Origin: Rhizaria sp. SCN 62-66
Lineage: Eukaryota
Length of the DNA: 64,000 nucleotides
Direction: 5' to 3'
Assembly: GCA_001724265.1 (NCBI GenBank)
Contig: MEDY01000006.1
Location: 62,001-126,000, forward strand
In this document: positions 34,701 through 46,457 of the stretch, in pieces
Position numbering within the stretch: position 1 is the stretch's first letter
How the letters are laid out: the number at the start of each line of letters is the position of its first letter
Notes under the pieces: model-generated
Seen by the model: only the letters and a program-made list of their open reading frames with translations
Told to the model about the DNA's origin: nothing
Databases searched by the model: none
Program-made: the position numbers and the translations under genes

Positions 34701-37700
34701 GTCTGGACGGCGACATGGCTAACGGCGGCGAGGACGAAGACACGCCCGAGGGCCGCGCGCGCGCCAAGGAGCGCCGCGCACAGCTGCGCCGCCTGCAGGG
34801 GATGGAGCCCGAGGCGACGACAAAGATCGTCTGGATGCCGGCGACCGGCGAGGGCGCGGCCGCGATCGACTCGGCGCCCGTGGCGGGCAAGGCCGCGAGC
34901 AAGACGGGCCGCCACTTCAAGACGGGGTGGCGCGACGAGGCCACGATGCGCGAGCTGCAGCGCGCGCGGGACGCGCACGGCGAGAAGGCCTGGGAGGGCC
35001 AGTTCACGTACTCGTTCGCGGAGGCCAAGGCCAAGCTCGAGCACCGCGACTTCTACAACGCGTACCTCACGCAGTCGCGCGTGCTGCGCGCGGCAGCCAA
35101 CGGCACGCTCGGCTCGCGCTCGCCGCGCAACAACACGATGATGGCTTCCGCTGGTGGCCGCCGCAATGGCGAGAACGGCGACGCCGACGGCGATGGCGAC
35201 ATTGCGGACGACGTCTCGCTCGGCATGGGCTTTGCGGAGGGCCTGACTGCGCCGCAGCCGCGGCTGCCCCGGGGCGACCCTACCCTCGTGGTCGAGAGCT
35301 TTAATCCCCGCGCGCTCTACAGCCAGACCGCGACTCAGGTACACAGAGAACGAAACAAGAATGCGCGATTGCTAATCTAAAATGGTGGATACGTGTGTCT
35401 ATTTGCTTGATTTATTTGAATCTTACTCACTCCATTTTCTTCGATTGTCTTTTCCACAATAGGTTTTGGCTGCCCGCCATTCGTCGCTGAACAACGCTTC
35501 CGGCAGCGGCTCTGGTAAGCCCGACTGCAGCGTGCTCCCGCCGGGCCTCGGCTCGCTGCTCGCCCGCGCGGCGCAGCCCACGCAGGCGCAGCCGTTGCCC
35601 GGCATGACCGGCGCCGCCGCCGCGGCCGCGCTCGGCGTCCGTCTGCCGGTGCTGAAGCTAGGTCCGTCGACGCAGGCCGAGCGCAAGGATTGTTGCGCGC
35701 CGCTGCCCAACGACAAGCTCGCCAAGATCGTTCGCGCCACGCACGCCGCCACCGCGGCCGCTGCCGCGGCCGTCTCTGCCTCGTCGCGCTCCAGCTCCAA
35801 CACTTCCAGCAGCACCGGCGCCGGCGGTCGCCGCGGCAGCAGCGGCTCGTCTTCCGCGGCCGCCGCAGCCGCCGCGGCCGCGAGCGCCGGCGGCGCGTGT
35901 GCTCTGGTGTTCCCCGCGCAGTGCGTGGGCTCCGCGGGCCGCCAGTTCCTCGTCGTGTCGAATCCGTTAGACTCGCACATCCTCGTCGACCTCATTCTCG
36001 GCGGGCCTGACTCCGCGGGCTCCAACAGCGGCAGCGGCTCTGCCCGCGGGGGCAGCGCGCTCGGCCGGTCCCCGTCGCAGTCGCGCCTGGGCACGCCTGC
36101 AGGCTCGTCCTCGCAGCTGCTCGCGCACAACGGCAACTCATCCACGAACCTGCTTGGCTCCGGCTCGTCCTCCGCGTCGCTGCTAACGTCAGCGGCCTCG
36201 TCCTCCGCGCTTCTGGGCGGCGGCGGCGCCGCCAGCTCCGGTGCGAACGCGGGCGTGCATCCCGAGCTGGCGCTCACGTACCCGCGGTCGCAGCTGCTCG
36301 CGCCGGGCGAGACGGCCGTGTTCAGCATTGTGGTGCAGTTGCAGGACCCGCAGGAGTACGCGCGCACGATCCAGTACCGCGTCAACACTCATCACGTCTT
36401 CGGCGTCGCGCTGTCGGCTGACATCGTGCCCATGTCGCTCGCGGTCATCCTCCCCGCCGCCGCCGCCGTGTCTAACTCCACCGTCGGGGCCAACAAGGAC
36501 AACGCCGCCGGCGCCGGGGCTAACGAAGAGGGCAGCACCGCACTTGTGCCCGCCGGCGGCAGCACTGCGGCACTGGGCTCGACCGCGGTGCTGCAGTTGT
36601 CGTCCTCTGCGTCGGCCGCGAACCCGGCGATTCACTTCTCGTTCACCTCGACCAACTCGTCTTTTGCCGTCACCGAGCGCCTGCTGCTACAGAACCCACA
36701 TGCGCGTCCCGTATCCTGGTGGCTGACGTCCCACAGCAACCTCTTCGCCGCCGCGGTCACCTCGGGCACCGTGGCGCCCGGTGAGTCGTTCCCGCTGGAC
36801 GTGACGTACGCGCCCACGGCGGCGCACAAGGCCGTCGAGCACGAGCTCACGCTGCACGTCCGCGAGGGCCCGCCGCGCGCGTTGCTGTGCCGCGCACAGC
36901 TCGACGAGGCGCGCGTGGAGCTGCGCACTGTCTCGGCCGCGGCGACCAAGGACAAGTACCTGTCGCCGGCCGAATACGCCAAGCTGCAGGAGCTCAACAA
37001 GGCCGGCATGCTGCACTTCGGCGCCGTCCCCGCTGGCGCGCCCTCGTCGCGCACCATCACCGTCAGCAACGCCGGCTCCACGCGGTCCGTCTTCTCTGTC
37101 TCGCCCGAGACGTTGCCGCCGGGCGTGACGGTGACGCCGACGTGGGCCATCATGCAGCCGCACACGTCGGTGCCCGTCACCGTCACGCTCGTCCCGCCCG
37201 CCGTCACGCCCCGCGCGCTCGACGGCGCCGCGGACGACGGCGCGCCCGACATGGCGCGCTTTGGCTCTGTACTTCGCAACGTCGAGTACGCCCTCCCCGA
37301 GGGCCACTTCGACTCCACCGCTGGTAACGGCAACGGCTTATCTAGAGACCTCAGTGCGACTGCTGGCGCGACCGGTGTGCTAGCCGCCGCGCACACTCAG
37401 TCAGGCGTCAAGAACATGGAGGCCACTGCCGCCGCCGCTGCCGCCGCCAAGGACGGTGAGGCTGAGAGCAGCGACTTGATCGCACCGTTTCGCACCGTCG
37501 TTCCCGTCAAGGTTCGCGGCCGCCCCGCCGCGGCGCGCCCGCTGCGCCTCACGCTCGCGGCCGCCGTGGTGCAGCCGCAGGTGTCGATCGTGGAGCCCGA
37601 GTTCGCGTTCGGGACCGTGGGCGTCAACGGGCAGACCGAGTACCGGCCGCTCACGCTGCACAACAACTCGGCGCTGCCGGTCATCGCCGCGCTCGCGTTC

Positions 37701-40700
37701 GGCGAGGAGCGCTATGACCTGCTGGGCTTCGCGCCGGCCGCGGTGGACGCCGTGGTGACGCTGCCGAAGCTGCTGTCGAGCTACAACTCCCAGCTCAACG
37801 CCGCGAGCGCCAGCATCACGCCGGAGGCCACGCTCTTCGCGGGCGCCGACCGCCCCGGCACTTCGTCGTCGTCATCCTCGTCGGCTGCTGCTCGTGGCAC
37901 CACGCCCGCTCGCCGCACCCGCGACGCGTCGCCCTCCTCGCCCAGTCCGGACCGCGCTCTGAGCGGCGCCAGCAACGTGCCGTCGCCGAGCTCCAGTCCG
38001 GCGCTGGGCGCGCGCTCGCTCTCCGCCACTGCCAGCGGTGCCGCCAGCCCGCTCCCCGGCGCTGCGGGCGGCGTCACTGCGCTGTCCCAGCTCGCGCTCG
38101 GCTCTTCGGCCGCGGCCGCGGGCCTGCCCGTTGGGTGCCTGATGACGCCCGTGCTCTGGGAGGACCTGCCGGCGCACTTCCGCGCGCTGGTGCCGCGGCC
38201 GCACCGGCCCGAGGCATGCTTGGCCTCGGCACCCCCGCCTGGCGCCGCGCTGCGGAGGGTCAAGTCGGGCGCGGGCTCGCTCGCAGGCTCCCGTGCCGGC
38301 AGCGGGGCTAGCACCCCGCGCCCCGACTCGGCGGGCTCCGTCTCGGGCGCCATGACGCCTTACTCGCCGGACTCGCTCTCGCGCGCGGCCTCGTACGCGC
38401 CCACGCCCCGCGCCGGCGCCACGCCCGGTGGCAGCTACAGCGACGTCGGCACTCCCGGCGGCTCGGCGTCCCTGCTTTCCCCCAGCACGCCCACGCTGTC
38501 GCGTCCCGGCTCGGTCTCTGTGGGCCGCTCGGGCTCCCGCCGCGGCGGCCGCATCTCGCGCGCGCTGCTGCGGAATGCGCGCGTATGGCTGCTGCTGCTG
38601 CCCGCGCACCGCGTCTCGCCCGTCGGCGCCGTCACGCTGACGCCCACGCAGCACGGCGACACGCTGCAGTTGCCGCTGCCGCTCGTCGTCCCCGGGCTCC
38701 CCGCGCCCGCCGGCGTCACTGCCAACTCCGGTGCCGGCGCGGGTGCGGAGGCCGCTGCTCTGGCTGCCGCGGCTGCGGGGTCATACCCGCCGCTGCAGCG
38801 CGTGGTGTCGGCCCTCACCGTGCCGCCCAAGGTTACGTTGTCGCAGCACACCGTCGACTTCGGCGCCCGCATCACGGTCAACCCCGACGCGCCGGCGACT
38901 GCGGCGTACACCCACACGGTCACGTTCACCAACACGAGCGACGCACCGCTCAAGTGGGTCGTCACCACGCCGGCCAACGCGCTGCCGTTCCCCGCGGGCG
39001 ATAGACCCGCCTCGAGCTCGAGCAACAACACGAACAACGCTCCTAAGCCTGCGATCAACAATTCAACTTCTAGAGTCAAGTCGTCGTCGCGTCCATCGTC
39101 CTCGTCCTCGTCCTCCGCCGCTGTCACTGCCGCGGGCGCTGCTGGCTGCAACAACGCCGGCCTCGAGTCCCCCGCGGCCGCTGCGGCGCTCCTGCTGCAG
39201 ACGCACTCGTCGTTGCCGCCTGTCAACACGGGCCTCCCGCCCTTCGTCCAGTTCTCCCCCTCTGGCGGCGCGCTGACCCCCGGCGAAAAGGTGACGGTGA
39301 CCGTGCGTGTCGCGCCCTCGCAGGTCGGCGCCTTCACGCTGGAGGCGCCCATCTACGTCGTGCAAGACGGGCTCAGCGCGAGCGAGCGCGCCAATGAGAA
39401 GCTCAACGCGCAGATGTCCGCGTTCGAGCTGCCGTCTGCGACCGTGAATCTGTCGACGGCGCCTTCGTCGGTGTCGGATAACCAGGCCGGCAGCGGCGCC
39501 GCCAATACGCCGCAGTTCGGCAGTCTGTTTGCGAGCAACCGCGTGGGCGCGGTGCCGCCTATGATGATGCTCACGGCGCCCTACACCAAGCTCAAGCTGC
39601 GCGGCCACGCCACGCGGCCCTGGCTGCAATTCGACGTCCCCGAGCTCGTCATGCCCGTCGTTCCGTTGGGCGCGACATCCTCCGCGCAGTTCATGGTCAC
39701 CACCAAGGGCTACGCGAGCTTCGAGCTCGCGCCGCAGCTTCCGCTCGACACCCGCGTCCCGCTGACGGTCACTTTCCCTGCGGGCCGCGGCCTGACTTCG
39801 GAGCGCCCGTCCGTGCCCGTGGTGGTGTCGTTCACGTCCTCGACGCCCACGGCCTTCACGACGAAGCTCGAGTTCCGCGACACGGACGGCGTGCCGTTTG
39901 CGATCCTCGTGCACGGCCACTGCGACAACAGCGTCATGTCGCTCTACCCCTACATGCACCGCCACCAACAGCGGTGGACTATGGCGCTGCCCACCGCGAG
40001 TCGCCCGCCGTTCCTCATCTCGCGCCCGCCCGCCGCCGTCGCGAGCGCGGGCATCGGCGCGCCCACGGTACACTCCGCCGGCAGCGCCGCGCACCCCGCC
40101 GCGGTGACCAAGTCCGTGCACATCGTGACCGACCCGCGCGGCCCCGGCGCAGAGACCTCGCTCACCGTCGGCGCCGCGGGCGGCGCCGCAGGCGGCGGCA
40201 GCAAGCACACGAGTCGCCCGCGCGAGCTCTTCTCGGCCCCGGGCTCTGAGGAGCTGCAGCTGGGGCTGGCGAGCATGATCGGCTACTTTGAGGCCTCGGG
40301 TCTGCTCCCACTCTCGCTCTTCGCGTCCGCTGCCAGCCGCCACAACGCCGCCACGGGCTCGCCCTCCGCGCCCAGCGCACCGAGCAGCAGCAGCACTGCG
40401 GTGACCGCGTCGACGTCCCGGTCTGCGCTGGGCCGCTCCCGCGAGCGCGCGCAGACCTTCTCGCTCTCGGCCGCGATGGCGTCGCTGCCCGTGTCCCTGG
40501 CGGACTTCTGCACCGCGCTGTGCGCCAACAACGGACGCGTGCTCAAGGACCTCCTCCGCGCGCTCTCCAAACGCAATCCCATGGACCGCGGCACCAACGT
40601 GCGCAAGCAGGCCTCTGGCGCGGCGCCCGGCGTCTCTACCGCCGGTCTCCCCGGTACGCGCGGTCAGTCCGCGTCCGAAGCGATGGCGGCGACGCTGCCC

Positions 40701-43700
40701 GCCGCGCTGGTGACGGGGCCCGGGATGCTGGCGGGCGCAGCCGCGAGTGAGCTCATCAGCTGCTTCGAGGACTACGAGCAGATCCTTACCTTCATGAAGA
40801 GCCTCGGCTGCATGCTGCCCGATGTGCGCGCCTACGACCTCATGCCCGCCGAGGACTTGAACAAGCTTCTCAAGGCCGCCGCGTTCCAGCCGTACTTGCA
40901 CCAGGCGCTCGAGCCGCTCTTCTACCATGTCGACCTCGAGGCCGCCGCGGTCGCGGGCGACCGCAAAAAGCAGCAACAGATCGCCGCCGCAGAGGCCGTG
41001 TCCTCCGCCGGCGGCGGCCCGCGCTCGCGCGAGCAGCAGCAGGCACGCGCTGCCGCCGAGTTCGCAAGGTGCGTTAAATATTTGTTTTGTCATGTTCCGT
41101 TCCTCATTTTGTTTCTTGGAGGACTCTTTTGTCCCACTGGCGTATCACCAACTCATCGAGACCCTGATTGTTTTTTCTATTGCTCTTGTTTTCTCTTCCA
41201 GGACTGCACGGATGACCCACATCAACCGCGCTGCCGCGCTGACAGCCCCCGCGCCCGGGGTGCTGGTCGCGGCGGCCGCGCGCATCGCGGCGGACCACGA
41301 ACGCCGCCACGAACGCGCGTGGCTGGTCGTGCTGCAGCAGGTCTTCCGCGCTCTCGTGCTCCCGCGCGCCACGGTCAAGCAGCTCAAGCAGCTGCCCGGG
41401 CTCGCCGCGTCGCCCGTCGCCGCCAACTGGGGGCTCGATTCGGCCGCGGCGGGCAGCAACACGTCCCCCGTCGCCGCTGCAGCCGCCGCCGCCAAGGCCG
41501 CTGCCGCGGCCACGGGCTCTCTCGCGCGCGGTTCGACCCCCGCGGCCGCGGGCGCGAGTCTGGGCGCGACTGCGACGGGCCCCGCGCTGCCGGCGTCCGC
41601 GGCGAGCGTGCTGGGCAGCAACGTGTACAGCGAGGCCGAGTGCGTACTGCTGGCATGGTTGACCCACCACGCGCGCAAGGGCTCCCCCGTGCTCGCGGGC
41701 GTCACCGTGGTCGACTTCGACGACTGCCTGCGCGACGGCACCGTCATCGCCGCCGTCATCGACTCGCACGTGCAGGGCCTCACCGCCACGCGCCACATGG
41801 CCTACCCCAATATCCTGCGTCAGCCCGCCACCATGGCCGCGGCCGCGGCCGCCGCGGCGTCCTCGGGCGCGGGCGGCGCCGGGACCGCGCTGGTGTCCCC
41901 CGCAGCGCTGGCGGCGGACCCACTGGACTACTACGTGTGCGTGAGCAACAACAACAAGGTGCTGGCTGCGCTGCAGGAGCTGGGGCTGAGCTACATCGCC
42001 AGCGCGGAGCAGCTCTCTCACCCCAAGCTGGGCACCTCGCTGCCGTTCGCGTACTACCTCTACACGACGCTGCCGCGCCTGCTGCCGTCGGCCACGGTGA
42101 GCTTCGCAGGCCGCCTCGGCGCCGAGGTGGTGCAGCAGGTGTCGCTCCGCAACCCCGACCGCGCGCCGATGACCTACTCAGTTCGCGTATTGGGCCCCGG
42201 CTTTGCGTGCAAGACACGCTCGCTGACGCTGCAGCCGCACGCCGCAGCCGAAACGCTGCTGGCCGTGTCCTTTACCGCGCGCCACGTGCGCCCCGCAGAG
42301 GGCCGCCTCACGCTCATCCCGTCGCGCCGCGCCGGCATCTCCGCCTCCGTCCTTGCGGGCTCCGGCGCGCCCGCGCTCGTCGGCTACGGCTGCGGCGGGC
42401 CCGTGGTGTTTGCGCTCAAGGCCTCGCACGTCACCGCGCCCGCCGCGGCGCGGTACACGGTTGACTCCAAGGTCTACGTACCCGCCGTCGCGCAGGTCAC
42501 CATCACGAACACGTTCTCGCGCGACGCGACGTTCGCGATCAACGTGCAGACGACGCAGCAGCCCGCGACGGTGATGCCCGGCGCGCCGGCCGCGACCCCA
42601 CTGCCCGACCCCAACGGCAGCGGCGCCAATGACGAGAACAACAATTCCGTATTCCCGGAGCCGTTCCTGGTGTCTGAGGACTCGCTCTCGCTGAAGCAGG
42701 GCGCGTCGGTCACTCTGCCCGTCACGTTCCTGCCCTGGAAGGTCGGCGCGCACAGCTGCCTGCTGTGGCTGACGGACGCCAACGCGGGCGAGATCGTCGT
42801 CGAGCTCGCGGGCACCGCGGCGCCGCCCCCGCCATGCCACCGCGCGCAGTGGGTCTGCGCCACTTCCTCGGCCGAGGTCCGCGAGCTAGAGTTCCCCGCC
42901 AAGAACTCGCCCTTCGCGGCTGCGCGCGCGCACTACCTGTCGAACTTCGCCTCGCAGCGCCGCGGCGCCGGCGCGACGGGCCCGGCCGCCCCCTTAGACC
43001 CGGCCGAGACGCCCGCGCTGCTGCGGCCCGAGCTGTGGAACAAGTCGCTCACGCTCGCGCTGCAGGGCCCCGCCTCGGCGGTGTTGCTGCCCGCGCACGC
43101 GCCCGCGCACCGCGCGCCCGGCGCACCGCTCCCCGGCGCGGGCTCGGCCGAGCTTGTGCTGCCGCCGCGCGTGACGGCGAACATCGAACTGCAACAGGCC
43201 GTCGACACCAAGCGCGACCGCGCCGCGGCCACCGGCTCTGGCGCCGCCGCGCTCGCCGTCGCTGCCGCCGCCAACGCCGCCAAGGCCAAGGGTGCGGCTG
43301 CTGACGTCGCGCCCACCCCGTGCGCGCGCCTGTACCCGCCGCCGCAGCCGCAGGGCCGTCCCACTCCTTCGGGTGCCAACGGTGGCGCTGCGGCGGGCAG
43401 TGACAAGCCCTCCAGCGGCGCCCTCGCTGCGGCCGCGCGCGCAGATGCTGACGCACAGGCTTCGCTGCTGCTGCCCGCGACCGGTAGCGCACTGCCAACT
43501 AACAAGCTGCGCTTCCTGTTCCGCCCCCGCGGCGCCGGCCAGTACTCGTCGTCGGTGCTGCTGGTCTCCGGGCACGAGATCCGCACCGTCGCGCTAAGCT
43601 GCCTCATCTCGGCGCAGGAGACGGCGCCGTCGCTAACGCTGCGCCCGCCGCTACACCAGTCGGTCACGCAGCACATCCCGCTGCAGAACCCCTTCGGCGA

Positions 43701-46182
43701 GCCGGTGGTGTGGCGCGCCCTTGTCGCCGGTCGCGGCTTCTCCGGTCCCACTGAGTTCACCGTGGAGCCTAACGCCACGCTGCGCCCCGGGTCCACCACT
43801 GCGCTGGTGCCCATCCGCCCCGCGCCGGGCGCCCGGTTCGCGGCTAACAGCGCGAGCGCGAGCTCGGCGCTGGGCTACCCCGTGACGTACACGGCGCAGA
43901 AGATGGACGTGTCGCAGGGTCGCGTCGAGCTCATTTCGGCCAAGACCGGCGAGACCATCACGGTCGAGCTCACGGGCCAGGCCGAGGAGCCGCTCGCGGC
44001 GGGCCACGTCGCCATCGCTTGCTCCGCGCGCACGCCGTACACGCAGATGGTGACCGTACGCAACACCACGGCCACGACCGTCGTGTACACCGTCGCGTGC
44101 GACCTGCTCTTCGTCGGCGGCAACGACCGCGTCGTGGTGGAGCCCGGCAAGAGCGTGCAGTACGAGCTCCGCGTGTGGGCGCCCATCGCGGGCACCTTCC
44201 GCGGCACTCTCGTCCTAACGCCGCCCGGTGCGCCGAAGGAGTACATCTGGTACACGATTGAGGCCCGCGTCACGGCCCCCGCTGCGGAGGACACGGTGCG
44301 CGTCGCCGCGCCCATCCGTGGCGCAGCCGAGGTCGAGATCGGCGTCGTGAACCCGTTGGACGAGTCGGCCGAGCTCGAGGTCGCGCTGCAGGGACTTGGG
44401 CTCACGGGCCCCGCCTCGCTCACGCTGCCGCCCAAGCCCGGCAAGGCGGTGTACAAGTTTGTCTTCGCGCCCGTGGGCCAGCCCGGCGTGTCGCAGGGCG
44501 CGCTGCGGTTCATCCACCCTAAGGTTGGCGAGTTCTGGTACAAGCTCGAGCTCGACGCGCTGCCGCCGGGCCCCGTCGTGCTGCCGTCGTTCACCGCGCC
44601 CGGCAAGGTGCAGCAGAGCGTCGCCGTGCGCAACCCGCTCCCGGGCGCGATCACGGTCAAGTTCACTTCTGACAACCCCGAGCGCTTCGCCGTCAGCCCT
44701 GCTTCGCTGACTGTCGCGCCCCTCGCAACTGCGACGGCCGCGGTCACGTTCAAGCCCGCGCCGCTGGGCGGTGAGCACGCGGCGACGATCGCGGCCGACG
44801 GCGACGAGGCGGGCGTGTGGCAGTGGCACGCGACGGGCAGCGGCACAACGCCCCGCGTGATGCCCGAGACGCAAGTTCTCGCGCTCCCCGGCGCGCTGCC
44901 CACCGCGGTGACGGTGCGCAACCCCTACGCCACTGCGATGCGCATTGTCGCGCGCACGGCCGACCACGCGTCGCTCGTGCCCTCGCACTCAATGGCCAAC
45001 TTGGTGCAGCACCAAGCGTCCCAGCAACAGCAGGCGAGCAACGGCGAGTGCGCGTTTGTCGTGTCGCTGCCGGTGCCACGCTCGCCGGCCACTGGCCGCC
45101 GCTCACTGGCTTCCGGCGCGGGCAATCGCCCCGGCTCGCAGCCATCGCAACAACAGTCGCTGGCACAGACGCAGCCCGCGCCTCAGGGTGGCTTGCTGCC
45201 CCCGCTGCCCGGCGCCAACAGTGGCTCGACCGGGAGCAACGACGGCTCTGTGACGGCCGTGGTGCCTGCTGGCGGCAGTGTGACGCTGGACGTGAGTGCG
45301 ACGAGCGCCACTGCCGCGCCCGCTGTGCTCGTCGTCACCGGCACTCCCGACACGAGCTCCACTGCTAGTAACGGCGCTGCTGCCGCGTCCGGCGCGACTG
45401 TGCTGCCTGCGGGCGCGACGCTGGTGTTCCACTACCCGCTGCGCGTCATGGCCGAGGGCAGCCCCAAGGACGCCGGGCCGCTGCAGACGGTGACAGGCGC
45501 CTGCCGCACCGTCACCAACCACGCGTTGCTGCTCCCTCTCCTGAGCTACACCGCTAACGGCAGCAACGGCGCCGACGCTGCCGCGGGGCTCGCCGTCAGC
45601 GTCGACTGGTCCCGTGCCACCCCGTCTCCCGACGCGGTTGGTGCCAGCGAGGCTCTCGCCGCCGCGCTCCGCCTCTCGCTGTCCTCCGCCGCCGCCGGGC
45701 CCGTCACCGCGGCGACGGCCTCTAGTCCTGCGCTGCTGTCCGTCGCGGCCCGCTTCGCGCCGCTCCGCGCGGGCGCGCTCACCGGCGCCGCGGTCAAGGT
45801 CACGCGCGCCGCGTCGGGCGAGGTCTGGCGTTTCCCGCTGCGCCTCACGGCCACGCTGCCCAAGCCCGACGACACGGTGCACCTCACCGCGGTTCCCGGC
45901 GCTGCCGCGGGCGCGGCCGTCACGGTCACCGGCCCCGGCGCTGTTGCGGGCGCCGCGGTTGAGGCCTACCTCGCAGCTCCTGCGCCGGAGTTCGAGGTGT
46001 CGTGCCCGACGGGAATGGTTGCGGCGGACGGCAAGATTACGGTCAACGTCAAGTACGAGGCGAAGCAGCATGCCGCCAAGACGGAGGCCATGCTTGTCGT
46101 GCACACGCACGCCTTCACCTGGTGCTACAAACTTGTGGGCGCGCGGCCCAAGTACATTCCTCCCAACAACCACAAGAAGTAA
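31712..46182 (+). CDS. CFAP47: Cilia- and flagella-associated protein 47-like (multiple ASH/Ig-like domains plus calponin-homology domain); exons 31712-35338, 35463-41068, 41202-46182; 4737 aa
   Basis: CH-domain region SNVYSEAECVLLAWLTHH...VVDFDDCLRDGTVIAAVI...YLYTTLPRLLP; repeated 'DFG...L.N' ASH-type motifs; C-terminal EYIWYTIE and GEFWYKLEL. Introns 35339-35462 (phase 0) and 41069-41201 (phase 2) join three large ORFs in frame. Ends TAA. Confidence 0.85.
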
Positions 46183-46457
46183 GCACGATGGCCTCTTCTT
46201 TAATTGATGTTTTGATGCAAAAGAATCCGTTGCATTACAAGTTGTAATTAGCTTTCCTTTTAGTTGTTTTTTTGTATTAGTTATCATTTCGTTCAATCCT
46301 TTGCTATAATTTAGCTGTGCTATAATACACACTGTTTTTATGATTCGTCACTCCCACTCTCAATATGATCGACTCCCACTTCTCACCATTGTTGCTTACT
46401 TTTCTCAACCTGGCTCATGTTACTTTTTTTGCATTATGTTGCATCATGCGAACTTGT

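Noticed and set aside
41069-42464. Arg-rich C-terminus of ORF 35466-42464
   Set aside because: Read-through of intron 41069-41201 into the wrong frame.
31942-46332. Many long minus-strand ORFs (e.g. 530, 740, 676 and 409 aa)
   Set aside because: Antisense to CFAP47 and expected from the high GC content.
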